Translations under genes and position numbers: made by a program
Part shown: positions 61,886-64,000 of the stretch, one piece after another
How positions within the stretch are numbered: position 1 is the first letter of the stretch
Layout of the letters: each line of letters starts with the position of its first letter
The notes under the pieces: model-generated
Database searches by the model: none
What the model was told of the DNA's origin: nothing
What the model saw: only the letters and a program-made list of their open reading frames with translations
DNA from: Candidatus Liptonbacteria bacterium
Lineage (GTDB): Bacteria; Patescibacteriota; Minisyncoccia; UBA6257; 2-01-FULL-56-20
DNA length: 64,000 nucleotides
Assembly (NCBI GenBank): GCA_016186635.1
Contig: JACPLI010000014.1
Span: 804 to 64,803, forward strand
Direction: 5' to 3'

Positions 61886-63580
61886 ATGTCTCAAGTTGCT
61901 GCCCCTACTCCCTTAAACGAAGAACTGATAAAGCTCCGGCGGGAGGGCGAAGAGCGCGCCGCGAAGCGGCTGGGGGGAGAATTGGGGTACCCCTACGTGG
62001 ATATCGGCAAGACCCCCGCGTCGTTTGAAGCGGTTACCGCCATTCCTGAGCCGCAGGCGCGAGAAGCCCTTGCGGTGGGGCTTGAGCGCGGAGACCGCAC
62101 GCTTGCCGTGGCGGTGGCGGACCCCCGCCTTCCGCCGACACTCCGGCTCCTTGTCGAGTTAAGAAAGCAATTCCCCGCGCTCAAAGTGGTGATTGCGTCG
62201 AGGTCGGGAATCGCCCAGTTGTGGCATATGTACTCGTTTTCCGTAAAGGAGGCGAAAGGCATCACGGGAAAGGTGGAATTTGAGGCGCGGCTTGCCGAGC
62301 TCATGCGCAAACTCCCCAACTTCCGCGCGGTGAAGGAAGCGTTTGGAGCGCTTGATTTTGCCAAGGAGAGCACCACGGACTTTCTCGAAATGCTTCTTGC
62401 GGGAGCCCTTGCGAACGAAGCGTCCGACGTGCACTGCGAAGCCGAGGAAGAGCAGGCGAAATTCAGGTTTCGCATCGACGGGCGCCTCCACGACGTAGCG
62501 ACCAATATCCCTCTCAAAAACTACGAAGCACTCCTCGCACGCTTCAAACTTCTTGCAGGGTTAAAGATTAATGTCCGGGACGAGGCGCAAGACGGGCGTT
62601 TTACCGTGCGCGCGGCGAGCGATAAGGAGATAGAAATCCGCGTTTCCATTGTCCCGTCCGAGTTCGGGGAGACGGTGGTGATGCGGATTCTTGACCCGAA
62701 GGAAATCATCCTCACCTTTGCAGACCTTGGCCTCCGCGAGGACGACCTTGTGATTGTGAACGCCGAACTCGCGAAGCCGAACGGGCTTATCTTAAACACC
62801 GGTCCTACCGGCTCGGGAAAAACCACCACACTCTACGCCTTCTTACGGAAGCTGAACGACCCCGAGGTGAAGATTATTACGGTTGAGGACCCGATTGAGT
62901 ACCGCGTGGAGGGCATCGAGCAGACGCAGGTGGACGCGGAAGCGGGATACACCTTCGCGAGCGGGCTCCGGGCAATCGTGCGGCAGGACCCCGACGTGGT
63001 TCTCGTGGGGGAAATCCGCGACACGGAGACCGCGGACATCGCGCTCCAAGCGGCTTTGACTGGGCACCTCGTGCTTTCGACGTTGCACACGAACGATGCG
63101 GTAGGGGCAGTGCCGCGGCTCACCAATTTAGGCGTCAAGCCCGCGACCATCGGGGCAGCGGTTTCTCTCGTAATTGCCCAGCGCCTTGTACGGAAGCTGT
63201 GCGAGAAGTGCAAAAAAGAAGTGCCGCTCACTCCGGAAACAGAGGCGCATATCGCTTCGTTCCTGAAGCGGATTCCCTCTCGGGTTGACCGGGCGCCCTA
63301 CGCGCACCCTACGCTCTTTGAGCCGGCGGGGTGCGGCGCGTGCAACCACTTTGGGTACAAAGGCCGCATCGGGATTTTCGAGTTTTTCCGCGGCGGTCTC
63401 GAGCTCGAAGAAGTAATCCTTCAAGAGGTGGCGGAGACGGTGCTGGTACAGCTTGCCGTGAAACAGGGCATGGTGCGGATGCAGGAAGACGGAGTCCTTA
63501 AGGCTCTTCGCGGACTCACTAGTTTGAAGGAAGTGGAGGAAGTGACGGGCCCTTTGGAGTGGCAGTCGACTGGGATCTGA
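61886..63580 (+). CDS. GspE/PilB-family secretion/pilus assembly ATPase
   Basis: start ATG 61886; Walker A GPTGSGKTTT, Asp box, Walker B VLVGEIRD, His box LVLSTLHTNDA, C-terminal CxxC...CxxC zinc finger. Confidence 0.85.
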   Translation: MSQVAAPTPLNEELIKLRREGEERAAKRLGGELGYPYVDIGKTPASFEAVTAIPEPQAREALAVGLERGDRTLAVAVADPRLPPTLRLLVELRKQFPALKVVIASRSGIAQLWHMYSFSVKEAKGITGKVEFEARLAELMRKLPNFRAVKEAFGALDFAKESTTDFLEMLLAGALANEASDVHCEAEEEQAKFRFRIDGRLHDVATNIPLKNYEALLARFKLLAGLKINVRDEAQDGRFTVRAASDKEIEIRVSIVPSEFGETVVMRILDPKEIILTFADLGLREDDLVIVNAELAKPNGLILNTGPTGSGKTTTLYAFLRKLNDPEVKIITVEDPIEYRVEGIEQTQVDAEAGYTFASGLRAIVRQDPDVVLVGEIRDTETADIALQAALTGHLVLSTLHTNDAVGAVPRLTNLGVKPATIGAAVSLVIAQRLVRKLCEKCKKEVPLTPETEAHIASFLKRIPSRVDRAPYAHPTLFEPAGCGACNHFGYKGRIGIFEFFRGGLELEEVILQEVAETVLVQLAVKQGMVRMQEDGVLKALRGLTSLKEVEEVTGPLEWQSTGI

Positions 63581-63773
63581 GGGCATATCCGGCTTGCGCC
63601 GGATGATGGGTCTGTCCGATTAATACCGGGCAGGATAGAATTACTTCGAGGATGGGCTTCGCCGAAGCCAAGCCGTCCTGAATAATATTAGAAATAATTC
63701 CAGCCCTCAGATCTCAGGCGGGTGCGCCATTGCGGTGCGGAGATAGTAGCATAAAAAATATTTATTGTCAAGC

Positions 63774-64000
63774 ATGCCCAATATATCCTCCAGAAAGCTT
63801 AAAAATGATGACGGCACCGCTGATCAGGCACTTCGTCCTGCTACATGGGAGGCGTATGTGGGGCAGGAGCGGGTAAAGGACAATTTGAAAATCCTCATCG
63901 AAGCCGCGAAGAAACGGGGAGAGGCGGCGGATCACCTTCTCTTCTCCGGACCCGCGGGTTTGGGGAAGACGACGCTCGCGCACCTCGTCGCGCGGGAGCT
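63774..64000 (+). CDS. ruvB: Holliday junction DNA helicase RuvB (5' part; continues beyond window)
   Basis: [69 protein letters not shown] matches RuvB N-terminus and Walker A. Confidence 0.85.
   Translation, partial: MPNISSRKLKNDDGTADQALRPATWEAYVGQERVKDNLKILIEAAKKRGEAADHLLFSGPAGLGKTTLAHLVARE

Overview
This is a GC-rich (~60%) bacterial chromosomal window that straddles the replication-origin neighbourhood (jag, yidC, rnpA, rpmH on the minus strand; dnaA, dnaN on the plus strand). I call about 62 CDS, 7 tRNAs, 1 tRNA-like fragment, several rho-independent terminators and many short repeats. One tRNA is split by a ~336-nt group I intron and one carries the rare anticodon TAT. The content is a minimal housekeeping set plus many secreted or membrane hypotheticals, a membrane H+-pyrophosphatase and a VirB4/VirB6/pilin-like T4SS-like cluster with no relaxase or integrase. 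That content is consistent (inference only) with a small-genome, possibly CPR/Patescibacteria-like organism. I recognised no rRNA, CRISPR array, integrase or transposase.

The strongest unexplained signal is a genome-wide set of 7-nt-periodic tandem arrays (GTGATGA/TCATCAC, GTGGCGA, GCAAGTG, AAGGAAC, AATTGCC, AGTAATT and others). They sit directly against start codons (gyrA, glyA, ftsH, virB4-like, dnaN, ruvC). They also occur in frame, in 21-nt multiples, inside conserved genes (gyrA, folD, uvrD/pcrA, rsmA), encoding short peptide inserts.

There are also at least four families of interspersed palindromic or hairpin elements. One of them is translated as a Gly-rich insert in GyrA. Another occurs as ~75-bp direct repeats flanking a single gene.

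Other notable loci:
- A GIY-YIG gene whose stop codon lies inside tRNA-Ile(TAT), surrounded by tRNA fragments and double-hairpin repeats.
- A free-standing LAGLIDADG endonuclease gene in an AT-rich islet.
- A direct repeat of the tRNA-Val 3' end (att-like remnant).
- A four-helix-bundle gene islet splitting the T4SS-like operon.
- Two paralogous secretory proteins sharing a C-terminal module.

Coordinates not taken directly from the ORF track are approximate (+/-2 nt). The ORF track appears to use alternative start codons (TTG/GTG shown as M), so several starts were re-placed at internal ATGs.
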